Assembly (NCBI GenBank): GCA_951406725.2 | Contig: OX597822.1 | Coordinates: forward strand, 66,278,001 to 66,342,000 | Direction: 5' to 3' | DNA length: 64,000 bases | Source: Octopus vulgaris | Lineage: Eukaryota | Part shown: positions 13,367-26,161 of the stretch, in pieces | Numbering within the stretch: the stretch's first letter is position 1 | Layout of the letters: every line of letters begins with the position of its first letter | Translations under genes and position numbers: made by a program | The notes under the pieces: model-generated | The model's database searches: none | What the model was told of the DNA's origin: nothing | What the model saw: only the letters and a program-made list of their open reading frames with translations

Positions 13367-14419
13367 CACACACACATGTATATACATATATATAAATACC
13401 TACGTAATACATACATATACAGACATTCATATACGCGTGTGTGGTGCGTCCGTGTGTGTCTCCGTGCGTGTTTGTGCGATTGTGTCTATGTTTCTATAGC
13501 ATGACAGCCGTGTGGTAACAAAGTTGGCTGCAACTGTACATGACTCCGATATCGAACCTTTGCATAGGTCATTCGACATCAGTTATCATGCACTGTATGA
13601 AATTTGCAGATACGTTGTCATTGAAATACCTGTGGGAAGATTAATTGCAGAAGACCATTCTAGTTAAATGTATTTGGTCGTAAGATAAATGTGCTTATTA
13701 TTCTTGATTGTTCATGTATCTTCACTTTCTCTGGAACATTTGCTTACCGTTTTTTCTTTGTAAATTTAAATAAATTTTACCTCTTTCTTGATATATGATG
13801 ATGTATTATCTAGTACATAAAACTGAGCCTTTCTAACACTTTTACTTTTCAATTTTATTCAAGGTTAAACCTGCTGAAGTCGCTCGTGATATTATACGGT
13901 TTGCAGTGAATTCACTATTACAGAAAATGATGCCCAGAAATGATTTTCCCATGTAAAGGAAGGGAAATCTGATCTCACAGAGTTTCTGTGTTGTAGCCAA
14001 GCTGTTCAGTTCAATAAGGCCAATGGAAGGATTTCACAAGGTTCTGCGCAAGTTCAATAAGGAATTGAGATAGTAGATGAGATGATCACTTTACACCGTC
14101 GCCCGTCACCTACCCTCGATCAATAAGGACCAAAATCTCGGTATATGAGTGCCACATGCTAAACTCCAGCGATCCTGTTCGCTCGCAAGACACCAGATTT
14201 CTTGTAAACACAAATTCCATTCCTGCATAATACTCACAATCTATGTGAATATGAAACAGGGAAAGGAATGGCAGACAACCAAGCAATACATTGAGCTAAG
14301 GGGTAAATCTGCATTTCCTGGGTGTAGATTGGGTTAACCAGCGACGCGATCCTTGAAAACACCCATGCAGTAAATGCAGAGCTTTTCATTCAGTAAATAC
14401 ACCAATTCACGAGGCTATC

Positions 14420-14740
14420 CACCTGGAAATGCTCGTCCGGTGATGTGACATATTATTAATGTAACCAAAGATATTGATGAGCGCTATTAGGAAGTCCTCT
14501 CACACACACCGCATTCTCCAGAGATATATCGCCTTCAGATTATAACACTTTTCGGCCGTTCACCAACAGTGTTTTGGCATTCCATTCTCCAACTATGCGG
14601 AGCTGAAACCGTGAGTCAACAACCGGAGATTTCTTGCGCTAAAGTATTGCCTAACTACTGGATAGTTATCAAGAAACCAAAAAGCCATGAGCAATAAAGG
14701 ACAAAATATTATTGACAGATTTAGTAAAATAAGTTTCAAA
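14420..14740 (+). pseudogene. highly decayed mariner transposase C-terminal remnant
   Basis: Frameshifted NARP...EVLSHTPHSPE..SPSDYN.LFG resembling the mariner WEVLPHPPYSPDLAPSDYHLF motif. Confidence 0.55.
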
Positions 14741-14988
14741 ATAAAAGGTTTAACAATCCAGCAATCCAGTATGTGTGTGTGTGTGCTTGTGTGATTGTAT
14801 GTCTGTACGTGCGTGTGTGTGTGTGTTTATGTATGAATATGTATGTAATGTAAGTCGAAATTTAAGTATCTACGTATATTTATCTATATTTCCGCCTCTT
14901 TCTCTCTCCACCTCTCTGTAATTGTGTATGTATGTGCGTGCATGCGTGTGTGTGTGTTACTGTTTTACAGTTTATCAGAATTTACGCC

Positions 14989-15024
14989 GCTGTGTTCATC
15001 TCACAAGCTTGAGATGAACACAGC
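14989..15024. repeat. perfect 15-bp inverted repeat (hairpin)
   Basis: GCTGTGTTCATCTCA-caagct-TGAGATGAACACAGC. Confidence 0.9.
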
Positions 15025-15967
15025 AGAAGCCTACTTTAAACGCGAAACAGACGGTGACCCGATATTAACTCGTGTATTATTACAGCATGGATTATGAATA
15101 TATAGCTATAGTGACTCATTCATACAAATTTAAACTATTTATAAAATTCTACCCTCAAAAGACATTGGGCAATCATACGATGAAGGGTGCAAGCAGGCGC
15201 TTTTATTGGTAATTCACACTATATGTGTGTGTTCATTTGTCCGTGCGTGTGTATATGTGTGTTTGTGAGTATGTGCGCGTATGTGTGTGCTTGTGTATGA
15301 GTGTGTTTGTGTATGTGTGTGCGTGTGTGTCGGAGTTCATTCACTATTCTTCCCGGATTGCCACCGAGAGGAACAGAAGGCCACTTACTAAATTACCTTA
15401 ACATAAAGTTTATTTACGTACTGTTACTCAACAGACTAACCGATATTAGTTTATACAGAACTGCAACATTGTGATTTATGAATAAATGAATAAAACCAGA
15501 CAATTTCATTTATTATTAACCCAGACGAAGTTATCAGAAACTCTTATCAAAATATCTTCCGACAAAATTGACCATCAATTTTTTTTTTGTTTTTGTATGC
15601 AGATGTGTATATCACCATGGCGAGAACAACATAAGAGTAGGAGTATTTATTTGGATCAGAGCCATTTTCTCTAACAAGTTTACGCTACGTTCCATTCTGT
15701 TATATTTTGTTTCGTTTTTCTTTCTTGTTTTATAAGAATGATAATGCAAAACGATGCAAATATAACGGGCGAAATGTGTTTCATGTGCTGTCCCAGTCTC
15801 AGCATGAACTAACTCTAGGTAGCGGACAACTGTAAACCAATAAAATAAAATAAAAGAAGTACGATGATGCAGATTTGCTGAATTTTCAAAGCACATTTGA
15901 ACCCACTATTATTAAGAAGTAGATGAATTTCCAAATTTCTCATTTGAAGTATATATATCTATATATC

Positions 15968-16313
15968 CAACAATTGCAGCGTGGAAGGTGTTTGTAAGCC
16001 ATTTAAGAAACACACAAAAGCCTTTCGATTCACTTCAACATTTAAGTTTAATTTGTCAAAATATTTTCGTCGCTAAAATCCCCGACCTGTTCACTGACAA
16101 AAATCCGTGATGCAGCACGGATTTTTGTCAGTGAACAGGTCGCGGATTTTAGCGACGAAAATATTTTGACAAATTAAACTTAAATGTTGAAGTGAATCGA
16201 ACGGCTTTTGTGTGTTTCTTAAATGGCTTACAAACACCTTCCACGCTGCAATTGTTTCCGTTTCAGCACACGATCTCAGATCAAATTACTTGCTATGCGA
16301 GTACATCTCCGTA
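15968..16313. mobile_element. non-autonomous hammerhead-bearing element inserted as a 288-bp palindrome plus a one-sided 57-bp extension (Penelope-like architecture)
   Basis: Arms 15969-16112 and 16113-16256 with about 3 mismatches and no spacer; right arm continues to about 16313; candidate TSD ATATCTATATATC at 15955-15967 and 16314-16326 (low complexity). Confidence 0.75.
16124..16173 (+). ncRNA. minimal type-I hammerhead ribozyme motif with G3-C8 swapped core
   Basis: Stem I UUUGUCA/UGACAAA, core GUGAACA(+G), stem II GUCGC-ggauuuua-GCGAC, GAAA, palindromic stem III AAUAUU, triplet UUU; mirror copy on the minus strand at 16052-16101 with one stem II mismatch. Confidence 0.65.
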
Positions 16314-16324
16314 ATATCTATATA

Positions 16325-16896
16325 TCTATATATATGAAACTGAGATTGTGTGTATGTCTGTCTGCATGAATCCCTAAAACTCGAGAAGTACCCAACCGAT
16401 TTCATTCAAGTTTTACACATGCATTACTTAGGGTCCGTGGAGTGTCATGGGCCAATAAATAATTTCAACTTCTTGCTTAATGCGGGCCCGGAGTAATCTT
16501 TTCGACTGGTCCGGTATTAAGTGTCAAAAGATATCGTTTCAATTTTATTCTTTCATTTTTAATTCTAATGTGATAAAACTAAGATCATCTTATTTCTATT
16601 ATATTTGAAATAAATGAATAATTTATATCGTAATGTGAACAACATTACGCATCCGCAACTTTCCGTCTTTACGGCCATGACAGCGGAATTGTGTGTCAGT
16701 GTATGTGTGTTGACTGACATAACGAACGGCTGGAGGGAAAACTCTTGACAAAATGCAATGATGTGGCAGATCTAACGTATATAAAAATACACATTTAACG
16801 TTCAATTACCAGTTAATAATTAGCACAGCAGTTGCAAGTTTTCAGTTTATTTAGTTACAAATTAACCCTTAAATTAACATTTAATACATATGCTTA

Positions 16897-16927
<31 letters not shown>

Positions 16928-17762
16928 AAGAAGTTTATCTATAGTAATTATTGTGGCATTTACCGTTTAATTAGCAGGTTGTACATATGCTGCTATTTGG
17001 TCAATTTGGTTATATTTGGTTAATTTATACTGCATACAAAAATAAAGACAAGCAACTTACAAAAATGGCGATTAATATCATTTTTTTAAAATTTACAGTA
17101 TTGAAAAAATATGCCACCAAAGAAAAGACGTAATCTTTCCAGAAACAAGTATAAAGCAAGGAGGATTGTAAATAGTGACAGTCTGAACAGAGAAGGGTGG
17201 TGTGACTTTCTCAATATCAGCAAAGCATGCTGCAGCACGTCATATGGAGTTTCAAGACAGAAGCGAAATGAAACTTGCCCAAGATAAGCAAAGGTATGCT
17301 ACAATGCATGAAATAGAGTTTCAATACAGAAGCGAGATGAGACTTTCCTAAGTTCAGCAAAGGCATGCTGCAGCAGTTAATGCTGATTCATTAGAACAAA
17401 GTTTTCATCATCAGACAGAGGTCCATTAGAATATCTCGCAGAAACTGAACACGTACAAATTCCTTCTTCACAACTCCTGAAGCTGCTTTCACATATGATC
17501 CATCCTATTCTTATAAAAAATTATAATTCTGCCCAAACTGGTGTGCTAAACTCAAATCGTCGTTTCTGCAAAGCTTTAAAATTTCGAAATTAAACTAATG
17601 GCATGTGCTGCTCAGGCGATAAGATATGACTGTGAGTACTACCTGCTCCCACTCAACTTCTTATGAATCTTCTGCAAGGCGCTTCCATCAAGTCAAAGTA
17701 TTTTCTAAACAATATCACACAATACAACTCAGCATTTTCGAACGACATCGTTTGGTGCTCTA
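16325..17762 (+). mobile_element. Helitron 5' portion, decayed
   Basis: 5' TC-TATATATAT..AAACTGAG..GTCTGTCTG..CAACCGATTTCATTCAA terminus typical of Helitrons, followed by a RepHel N-terminal coding remnant. Confidence 0.75.
17111..17760 (+). pseudogene. Helitron RepHel N-terminal region (Zn-finger) remnant
   Basis: MPPKKRRNLSR start; AAFTYDP; FCKALKFRN*TNGMCCSGDKI...LLMNLLQG...SKYFLNNITQYNSAF(frameshift)TSFGA, matching the RepHel CxxC..GMCC..FL.NI..YNS.F.MTSFG pattern. Confidence 0.85.
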
Positions 17763-18654
17763 AGTAGAGAGATGAACATGGATTTACACCTCATTGGTTC
17801 CCTTTTACCTCGTGTAGTTTACGAATACATGCCTCAGAATCAGAAGGGTGGAGTGTAAATCGCATCACAGCTTTGACTGGTACATATTTTCTTCGTCCTT
17901 GAATTATCATAAATCTATGCGAGATTTGAAATCGTATTGTACAAGATATAAAGAAAGAAAGAAGCATAATGTTCTTAATTTGGGAACTCCATTATAACTC
18001 GCACTTTAATTCACAACGCATCGTTCTTTTCTGCTTTACTCCTATTTATATTTGTTTTGTCGGCCAACAAATCGTTGGCTAAATTGATCTGATTCATATA
18101 TTTCATATAGTCTTACTTAAATATAACACCAATCATTTCATATGTGATATAGTAATTAACACACATTCCTTTCCCTGTACGCCATTCTCTGAAATAAAAG
18201 GCAATCTTCTGAAACATTAAATATAATTGCACATATATTTTAGATTTTAATTCCTCTTAAAAAGATATATTGCAATATAGTCCTTCACATTTAGTTTCAT
18301 ACGTATATCTGTTAAGGTACCTTAAAGTAGGTATCGCTGAAACACGTAGTCGTTTAACTTTAAATTGTTGATTTATACTAATAAGGCCTGAATTTCTGCT
18401 TTTTCATAATCATATTTTCATTTCCTCTTATGTTTTCGTTTCCTTCTCATTATTTGATTTTTTCCCTCATTCACTATGAATTTTTTTCCTTTTTCTTATG
18501 CGTTTTCCCCAACTCTTTCTTTCAAAATATTATCAAAATATTATCAAAATATTCATGCTATAACTTAAGCTCGGTATTTTCGAAGACTTTTGCCACCCTT
18601 CGTTCTTTTCTCTTTCATATATAATCCAATTTTAAAAAGCTTGCGTCTTCCCTC

Positions 18655-18850
18655 CTCATCATCATCATCACCATCAATGTTCGTCGTCATCGTCGGCATC
18701 ATCATCATACTCATCGCCCTCGTCAGGGTGATGACGACAATGATAACGATGGCGACGACGGCGACGACGATGATGATGATGATGATCATCATCATCATCA
18801 TTGTCGTCGTCACCACCATCACCAACAAAACCACCACGACCGTCATCGTC
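18655..18850. repeat. degenerate trinucleotide tract that flips strand twice ((CAT/CGT)n to (GAT/GAC)n to (CAT/CGT)n)
   Basis: Fold-back centred on CATCGCCCT-cgtc-AGGGTGATG and a second switch at GATGAT|CATCAT. Confidence 0.8.
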
Positions 18851-19527
18851 AGTATGGTGTCGATATTCTTTCACGCGATACAATTCTCTTTGCGTAGAAA
18901 TGTAAACCAACGAAAAAAAAATTACGTTTCCAATTTTTGTTCTTGCAACCATTATCACATATAGACACAGTAAATATGATTATCATCACCATCAAATTTT
19001 TCAACTACTATGTTAGAAAAAGCCTATATTCGGCAAATTGTTGCACGTGTATGTGCATGGGTGTATGTGAGTGTGTGCGTATGTGTATTAACATTGAAAC
19101 CTTAAACAAATTACAAAAATTACAAAAATATATAACTTTGATAATTTTTCTTCTTTCTTCCTGCATATAATTATTCACCACTGAACTACATATGCGTTTT
19201 AAGTTACTTCGACTAAAAGCCTGATCGTTGACAATCTTATAATTCATAACTAGCATACTTAGGAACACTTAGAAAATGGTATAGAGGAGAAAAATGTATA
19301 TAGAGATGTTATGAGTACACAAATAGAGACAAGAATACACCCTCGCACATATACATCCAGATACACACACGATTTTCACACACATATGCTCATACATAGA
19401 TATGCATATTTGTACACACACACACATATATATATAATTATATATGTATATGTATAATATATAATTGTATATTTGTATTTGCATGTATATATATAATATA
19501 TAATTGCATATTTGTATTTGCATGTAT

Positions 19528-19560
<33 letters not shown>

Positions 19561-19637
19561 CATATACACACACACGCACTCATATATATATAGTGCATAT
19601 ACGCATGTGTGTGTTTCCGTGTGAATGTATTACACAT

Positions 19638-19682
<45 letters not shown>

Positions 19683-21532
19683 TTCTTGTTCCATCTGTTA
19701 GTTTAGTGCATCTTCACTTTGGCAGCTATTACCGTCATCGTAATCATCACGACAATCTTATATACATTATCTATGAAGTATATACACAATTCGCTTATAT
19801 ACAGTGGTGCATATACATTTCACTGTGTGAGTATACAGGCGCACATACATTCAACGCTATAAGATCGGATAAAATCTACATGCATTATTCGTGTAACTCA
19901 ACAGATTTTCTTGGAGTTGATACGTGCATAAATGAAATTTCGTTTGCTCCTACATTAAATCAACCATGTTGAATGTAGGCTTCGCTTGTCTTAGTTTTGC
20001 TACCATTATGAATACTTCTCGTTTCATATGAGAGTGTGCTTTACTTAAGAGGTTTTCTGAAACTCAACATCAAGTAAACAATAGCATCATCTAATATTGG
20101 AAAGTTTTCTGTTATTCATGCTACCATTATATTATCAATGCAAAACACTTGAAACATATCAATATCCGGGCTTCCTGAAAATTTAGTGATAAAATCCATT
20201 TTAAGAAGTATCGTTGCTTTAAAATAAGAATCGGCTGATTGACACGTTGATCGCATTCGTAGGCACATATATACTACATGTACAATTATATGTGTATATA
20301 AGAGAGGGGAAGAGACACAGAAGGAGAGAGCATGTAATTCTCAGTGTGTGGCGTGTTTGTGAAAGGAAATATAAATTTTAGTGTGCTTATGAGAAATTTT
20401 TAAGAGATAACCGTTTAGGTACTTCATAAATGATTATATATCTCATTGGAAGAAATGTTTTCCAGATATACATTAAGTATTAAGAAATGCATACTATGTA
20501 TATTGGTATATCTATTTTTTTCGAAACTCCTAATAATACATATACTCATACGCAAAAACACATACACACATATTACGTGAAATAACATTCATACTATTTG
20601 TCATCTTGGTAGTGCTAGTGGTTTAGATTTTTAGCTCGAGACTAGTAGACCTACAAACAAAATAATTTCATCCGTTGTCATCCGTTGTCATTCTAGACCG
20701 ATCTTATTCCATATGCCTGTTCCTTTAAGTGGGTAGTCTGCGATTTGAAAGAGATTTGGCTGTTGCTACCAGAAGATCGGAAGTCCGTATTTAGCAAAGA
20801 AACATCGAGCTGGAATTGATTTAAATGCTTACTCAAAGACAGACTGGAGCGAGTAGTTTCATGAACACTGTTATTCATGCCGTGTATATCACATTTTTTT
20901 GTATTTACAAACAATATATGGACGATTTCATGAATCATTTCTTCATTTTCACAAATAATAGGATGCAGTTAGAAGGAGATTTGACTGATATATTTTTAAT
21001 TGCTATTAGTATCACATAAGTGTATATCGTATTACATGTGTTTAAAACTTAATATACCAAAATAACTGATGTTAATGTGCGTCGATCAAATAAAGAAATC
21101 TAGGTCGTATTAACATAACAACGTCTGAATATTTTTGTACTGGACAAGCCATTTCACTGCGTTTTGTTACACGTGGCATTAATTCCATACGTAAAGCAGC
21201 TTTTGATTTCGACCACATATTAGCTATATCATTGTTAATTAAGAATATCATTTGAATAAATTAGTATTCTATTAGGTGTAAAATATGGGGCACATCATTA
21301 AAATGTAAACTGTGTCAGTTGCATTGGCTGACATTCAGACATTATAGAGACGATTATAATGTGGTCGGTATAAAACTTCAAAGAACGAAGTTAAACGTTT
21401 TGTGTGAAACTAATGTGAGGCGAGAAGACAGATAGGGGCAGTGATAAAGATAATTACGGAATATTGACGAGAGAGTAAACATTAAACAAGGTGAATGAAG
21501 TGAGAGGGTAAGATAAGTAAATAAGCTGAAAG

Positions 21533-21553
21533 ATAATAATAATAATAATAATG

Positions 21554-21647
<94 letters not shown>

Positions 21648-21660
21648 TAATAACAACAAT
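21533..21660 (+). repeat. (AAT)n microsatellite
   Basis: About 40 units directly visible. Confidence 0.95.
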
Positions 21661-21873
21661 TACAACAAGAATGGTAGATATTGTGCTGGGTAAATAGTAC
21701 GGAGACGAGTGGTCGATAATGTAATAAAAGAATGGTGAAGAGAGATGATATAGATAGAGAATTGAGGAATGATTGAAAAATGAGAGAAAGTGAAAGGGAT
21801 ATATATGTGTGTGTGTGTGTGTGTCTGAGTGTATGAGTGGGTGTGTGCGTGCGCGTGTGTACATACTTAAATA

Positions 21874-21945
<72 letters not shown>

Positions 21946-21973
21946 AACATATTTGTGTGTGAGTGCGCGTGTC

Positions 21974-22020
<47 letters not shown>

Positions 22021-22063
22021 ATAGATAGATAGATAGATATACATATACATGTATGTATGTATG

Positions 22064-22105
<42 letters not shown>

Positions 22106-23768
22106 TGTGTGTATATCTATATATATATATCGTGCGAGAAAAAACGAGAGAGAGAGAGAGGGAGAGAGAAATAAATAAAAACACCGAGTTGGATAAACAG
22201 GGCAAAGGGTTTGATAAGTCTGAGTATTGTAATAGCTACAAAGAGGGAATATAGTATATGTTCTTTTATTTTAACGAGTAAAATATACACGTTTATAAAT
22301 TGTTGCGAGGAAAATAACTTGTTCAAATATTCCTAATTAATTAAATTCCAGCAAGACTCACTTGGCCGTGAAATGTTTCAATACCGTCTAGTGGTTCAAA
22401 GCGTTCACTCATGTATAAAACATAAAGTTAATCATACATACATAGACGTATTTAAACATTTCTACTCCCAACTATATAGTGCGCATGCGCTGCACATTTT
22501 ACCCCACACAACACTCACTGATTCCCTCACTTCTATTTAAACATTTTTTTTCTTTTATTGTTCGATGCACCGCTACTCATCTGTGCACCACATGTTAACA
22601 TTATCCACATCAGAACTATTCAATACACCCTGTACTATATAACCCTGAAAATGATTTAGCACAAATTGAAATATAAGCCACATGACATATATATATATAT
22701 ATACATATATACATAAACATAAATACATACATCATAAGAAATGCCTCTCTATAACGAGTCACCTTTCTACCCATATTATGAACATAGAAATGCACTATAC
22801 AAACCTCATTACCATTTACACACTTCTCACAATACTCCGCACTAAACGCAATAGAGTGGAATACCACATCAAACACACAGTTACGAATTAATCACACAGA
22901 CAAATATATGCATATACAGACATTCCAAAGGCACTTGGCACGCGCTACGATCATAAGAAATGGCGTTCATTAGCCTTCGAAAGATTTCAGCTGCTCCGAT
23001 GTTTACAGGCCAAATTTTCTCACTCAACTCTTTTTCTTTCTCTTCTCTATTTCTCTCTTCTAGATTAGGAATATATTACTGGTGCATATTTATTATTTTT
23101 ATTTTTTGTTTTTAAGAATGGGTACATTTTTTTCATGCTTGCCTCAACCATCTGTCAGAGATATTACAGTGAAATGAAAATATTTTGTGGCTAATTTGTT
23201 TCTGCGGTATATAGTTGGGCTTTCATGGAACAGAAATAATGGCGTTTTCAAGTTTATTTCGGTGAAATGCTGTAGACTCGCGCAATGATTGCAATGCTGA
23301 TCAATGCGCACGTGTTTGCGGACCTTCTGCACTCAAGGATACATATTCAACCCCTAAATGTTTGCTTATTATTATTCGACTAATAATTTGGAAAACGATA
23401 AACACCTTACTTACACGACAACAAAATTACTGCTAAAGTAAATGCATTTTTCTTCAAAAAGCTCCTTTTTTTTTTCAGAGGGTTATTTTATGAAATTCAT
23501 ATTCCTATAAATCTAAATGTACTTAATCAACCATTGACAACTTGGATTATAATAACGTTAGATTGTGTATGGTATAACACTAACTAACTCGTATTCATTT
23601 ATAGATTGGTAATGGACGATATTAATCACGTGTCGTATATATATAAACGTTCACACACATACTACACATACATATATAAATATTCGTTCACAAAAACATA
23701 TAAACATCTACAAATATTTTTTAATATATGCACCATCATATATCGGGGTAATCATGTATATTATACAC

Positions 23769-23828
<60 letters not shown>

Positions 23829-24840
23829 GCATCTGTGCTTGATGGGTGTGAGTGTACAGGAAATATAAAAGAATGAATACATATGTGACACAATATGCGA
23901 TTAGGTGAGTATGAGGGGCAAGTGCACCGAGTTTACATAGTCATCAGTAGTGCAGCATGCAATAAAAGAAAAATGCTTTTCGTTACGGTAGAAAAAAAAA
24001 CGTAATTGAAATTTTGATAATGATAGAGGTGCAGTTTATGACAGGAAGAATATTATCTAAAATCGAGATTGGGCCTCTTCAAATTTTTAAGTACATGAAA
24101 AATTAATGGTTTTAGGAATGCTATTACTGCAATCTAATCTAAGATGAACAATAAATATGTTTAGAAATATTTAATAAAAATTTTATACCGAGACACAGTC
24201 GTGGCAAATATAGTTCACATACATACATAAACAAAGCAAAAACGGGTACTCACACGCGCGCACATACGCACATAGAGATAACGGGAGCGGGTTTGTGTGT
24301 ATGTATGAGTGCATGTATGTGTGTGTGTGATTATATTTGTATGTATTCATATATGTATGTGCATTCATACGTGTACGAATACGTACTAATTTTCCAATAT
24401 ATGGAAAATATTGACAGGAAACATGAGAGCGAATACATGCATACATACATGCATACACACACATACACAAACAAATACACATATATATATATATAGATAT
24501 ATAACTTATAAATGAGGGCAAACGAAAAAATTTTCTAATGCGAAATATGCCGGAAATTAGTCACATTGTCCATAACCATTATAATTTTCACACAACGCAC
24601 GCTACTCCCAAAAAGGTTGACAGAAATTTCTAAAAAATTCCATTATTACCATATTGGACCGATTTGAGGGTTAGCTCGTAAGAGCCCTCCCTTCGTCAGA
24701 GGTAAACATAGCAGAGAAATAAATGAGATACTTACTCATACCCATGGAAGAAGCAAAAACTAAGTCATGAGCACAACTAAGTACCCCCAAAACATCCAAA
24801 ATAGAAATTCTCCAGCCCATTAGATGTATATGGATACATG

Positions 24841-24893
<53 letters not shown>

Positions 24894-25701
24894 CTACATG
24901 TATGTGTGTTTGTATGCATTCGTGCCAGAATATGGGAGGTCAGATAATAACATGAAAGACATGGAGTGATAATGTTGCTGTTTTGTACGCGAATATTAAC
25001 AGTTGGGGGTTGATTATTTGTGGCATTAGATTTTGTCAAACATATCAGCTTTAGTTAATAAAAAGAATAGTCAAGGAACGCGAAGCTGCCCGTTTATGAC
25101 GTTTTCCCAGTTAAGTAGCTAAAATTCTTACGCAAAATGTTCTGTATGGTTCGAAATGTTTGGGAGTAGAAGAAGCGTTTGAAATTTCCTTCGCTAAATT
25201 ATGTCTAATACTACTAACCTAGGTGAGTTCAAGCATGCAATTCTTTGTATTGGAAATATATGCCAAAAGACGATTCGTAAAAGAAAACGAATGATATTTG
25301 GTGTGCTAACGTCCAAGAAAGTGTTGGCAGTCTGTTTGTAATATGCTGTTATGGTTGATATATCTCGGCTCCACTACAAGATCAGATCGAAGATAGATTT
25401 CCTAAATTTATCCATATCTATATGACTTACACTTCATTGTGTCTAAGTTCTTACAATCATATTTTATAAGTTCAATGTCCTTGTTGTAATGAATGCATTA
25501 CACCGTTGGGAAGTATTGTGGATATCTTTGCACCACCTGCCGATACAGAGCATCGCCAGCCGATACAGAGCACTGCCTAAACTATTCAGAGAGACTAAAT
25601 CAAATGACATAGGGGTCAGTTTAGATATCTCAGTTAGTAGTAGAATTTTATTTACATTATTTATATTCGACGGATATTTATCCTCATCTTGTTTGTTGTT
25701 A

Positions 25702-25745
25702 ACACAACGTTCCAGCTGATATACCCTCCAGTCTTCTTCAGGTGT
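25702..25745 (-). ncRNA. minimal type-I hammerhead motif (mutated copy)
   Basis: ACAC CUGAAGA A GACUG-gaggguauau-CAGCU GGAA C GUU GUGU. Confidence 0.65.
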
Positions 25746-25808
25746 CTTGGGGAAATTTTGAACCTGGGTTCTCATTCCTTATGTATATTTCGATGTTATT
25801 ATCATTAA

Positions 25809-25873
<65 letters not shown>

Positions 25874-25921
25874 GTGTTGTTGTTGTTGTTGTTGTCGTCG
25901 TCGTCCTCGTTGTTGTTGTTG

Positions 25922-26052
25922 TTCAGGTGATTGCTTGGAATCGAACTCGGAATCTTGGGGTTAGTAGCCCGCGCTCTTAACCACTACGCTACATAAGAAC
26001 GCGGGCTACTAACCCCAAGATTCCGAGTTCGATTCCAGGCAGTGGTCTGAAC
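25922..26052. promoter_or_regulatory. two divergent tRNA-derived Pol III heads
   Basis: Minus: A box TAGCGTAGTGG (25981-25991), anticodon-like arm GGG-CTACTAA-CCC, B box GTTCGATTCC (25937-25946); plus copy keeps its B box (26027-26036) but lacks the A box. Confidence 0.8.
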
Positions 26053-26105
26053 AATAATAACAATAACAACAACAACAATAATAACAATAACAATAACAAT
26101 AATAA

Positions 26106-26136
<31 letters not shown>

Positions 26137-26161
26137 AAGAGAAAAAGAAGAAGAAGAAGAA

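Noticed and set aside
18305-18352. CTGTTAA-GGTACCT..AGGTATC-GCT-GAAACACGTA, hammerhead-like
   Set aside because: Too many core deviations to distinguish from chance.
25922-26052. Possible functional tRNA genes
   Set aside because: No convincing acceptor stem, and they are attached to microsatellite and tail modules, so they are SINE heads. The same holds for the other A/B-box hits.
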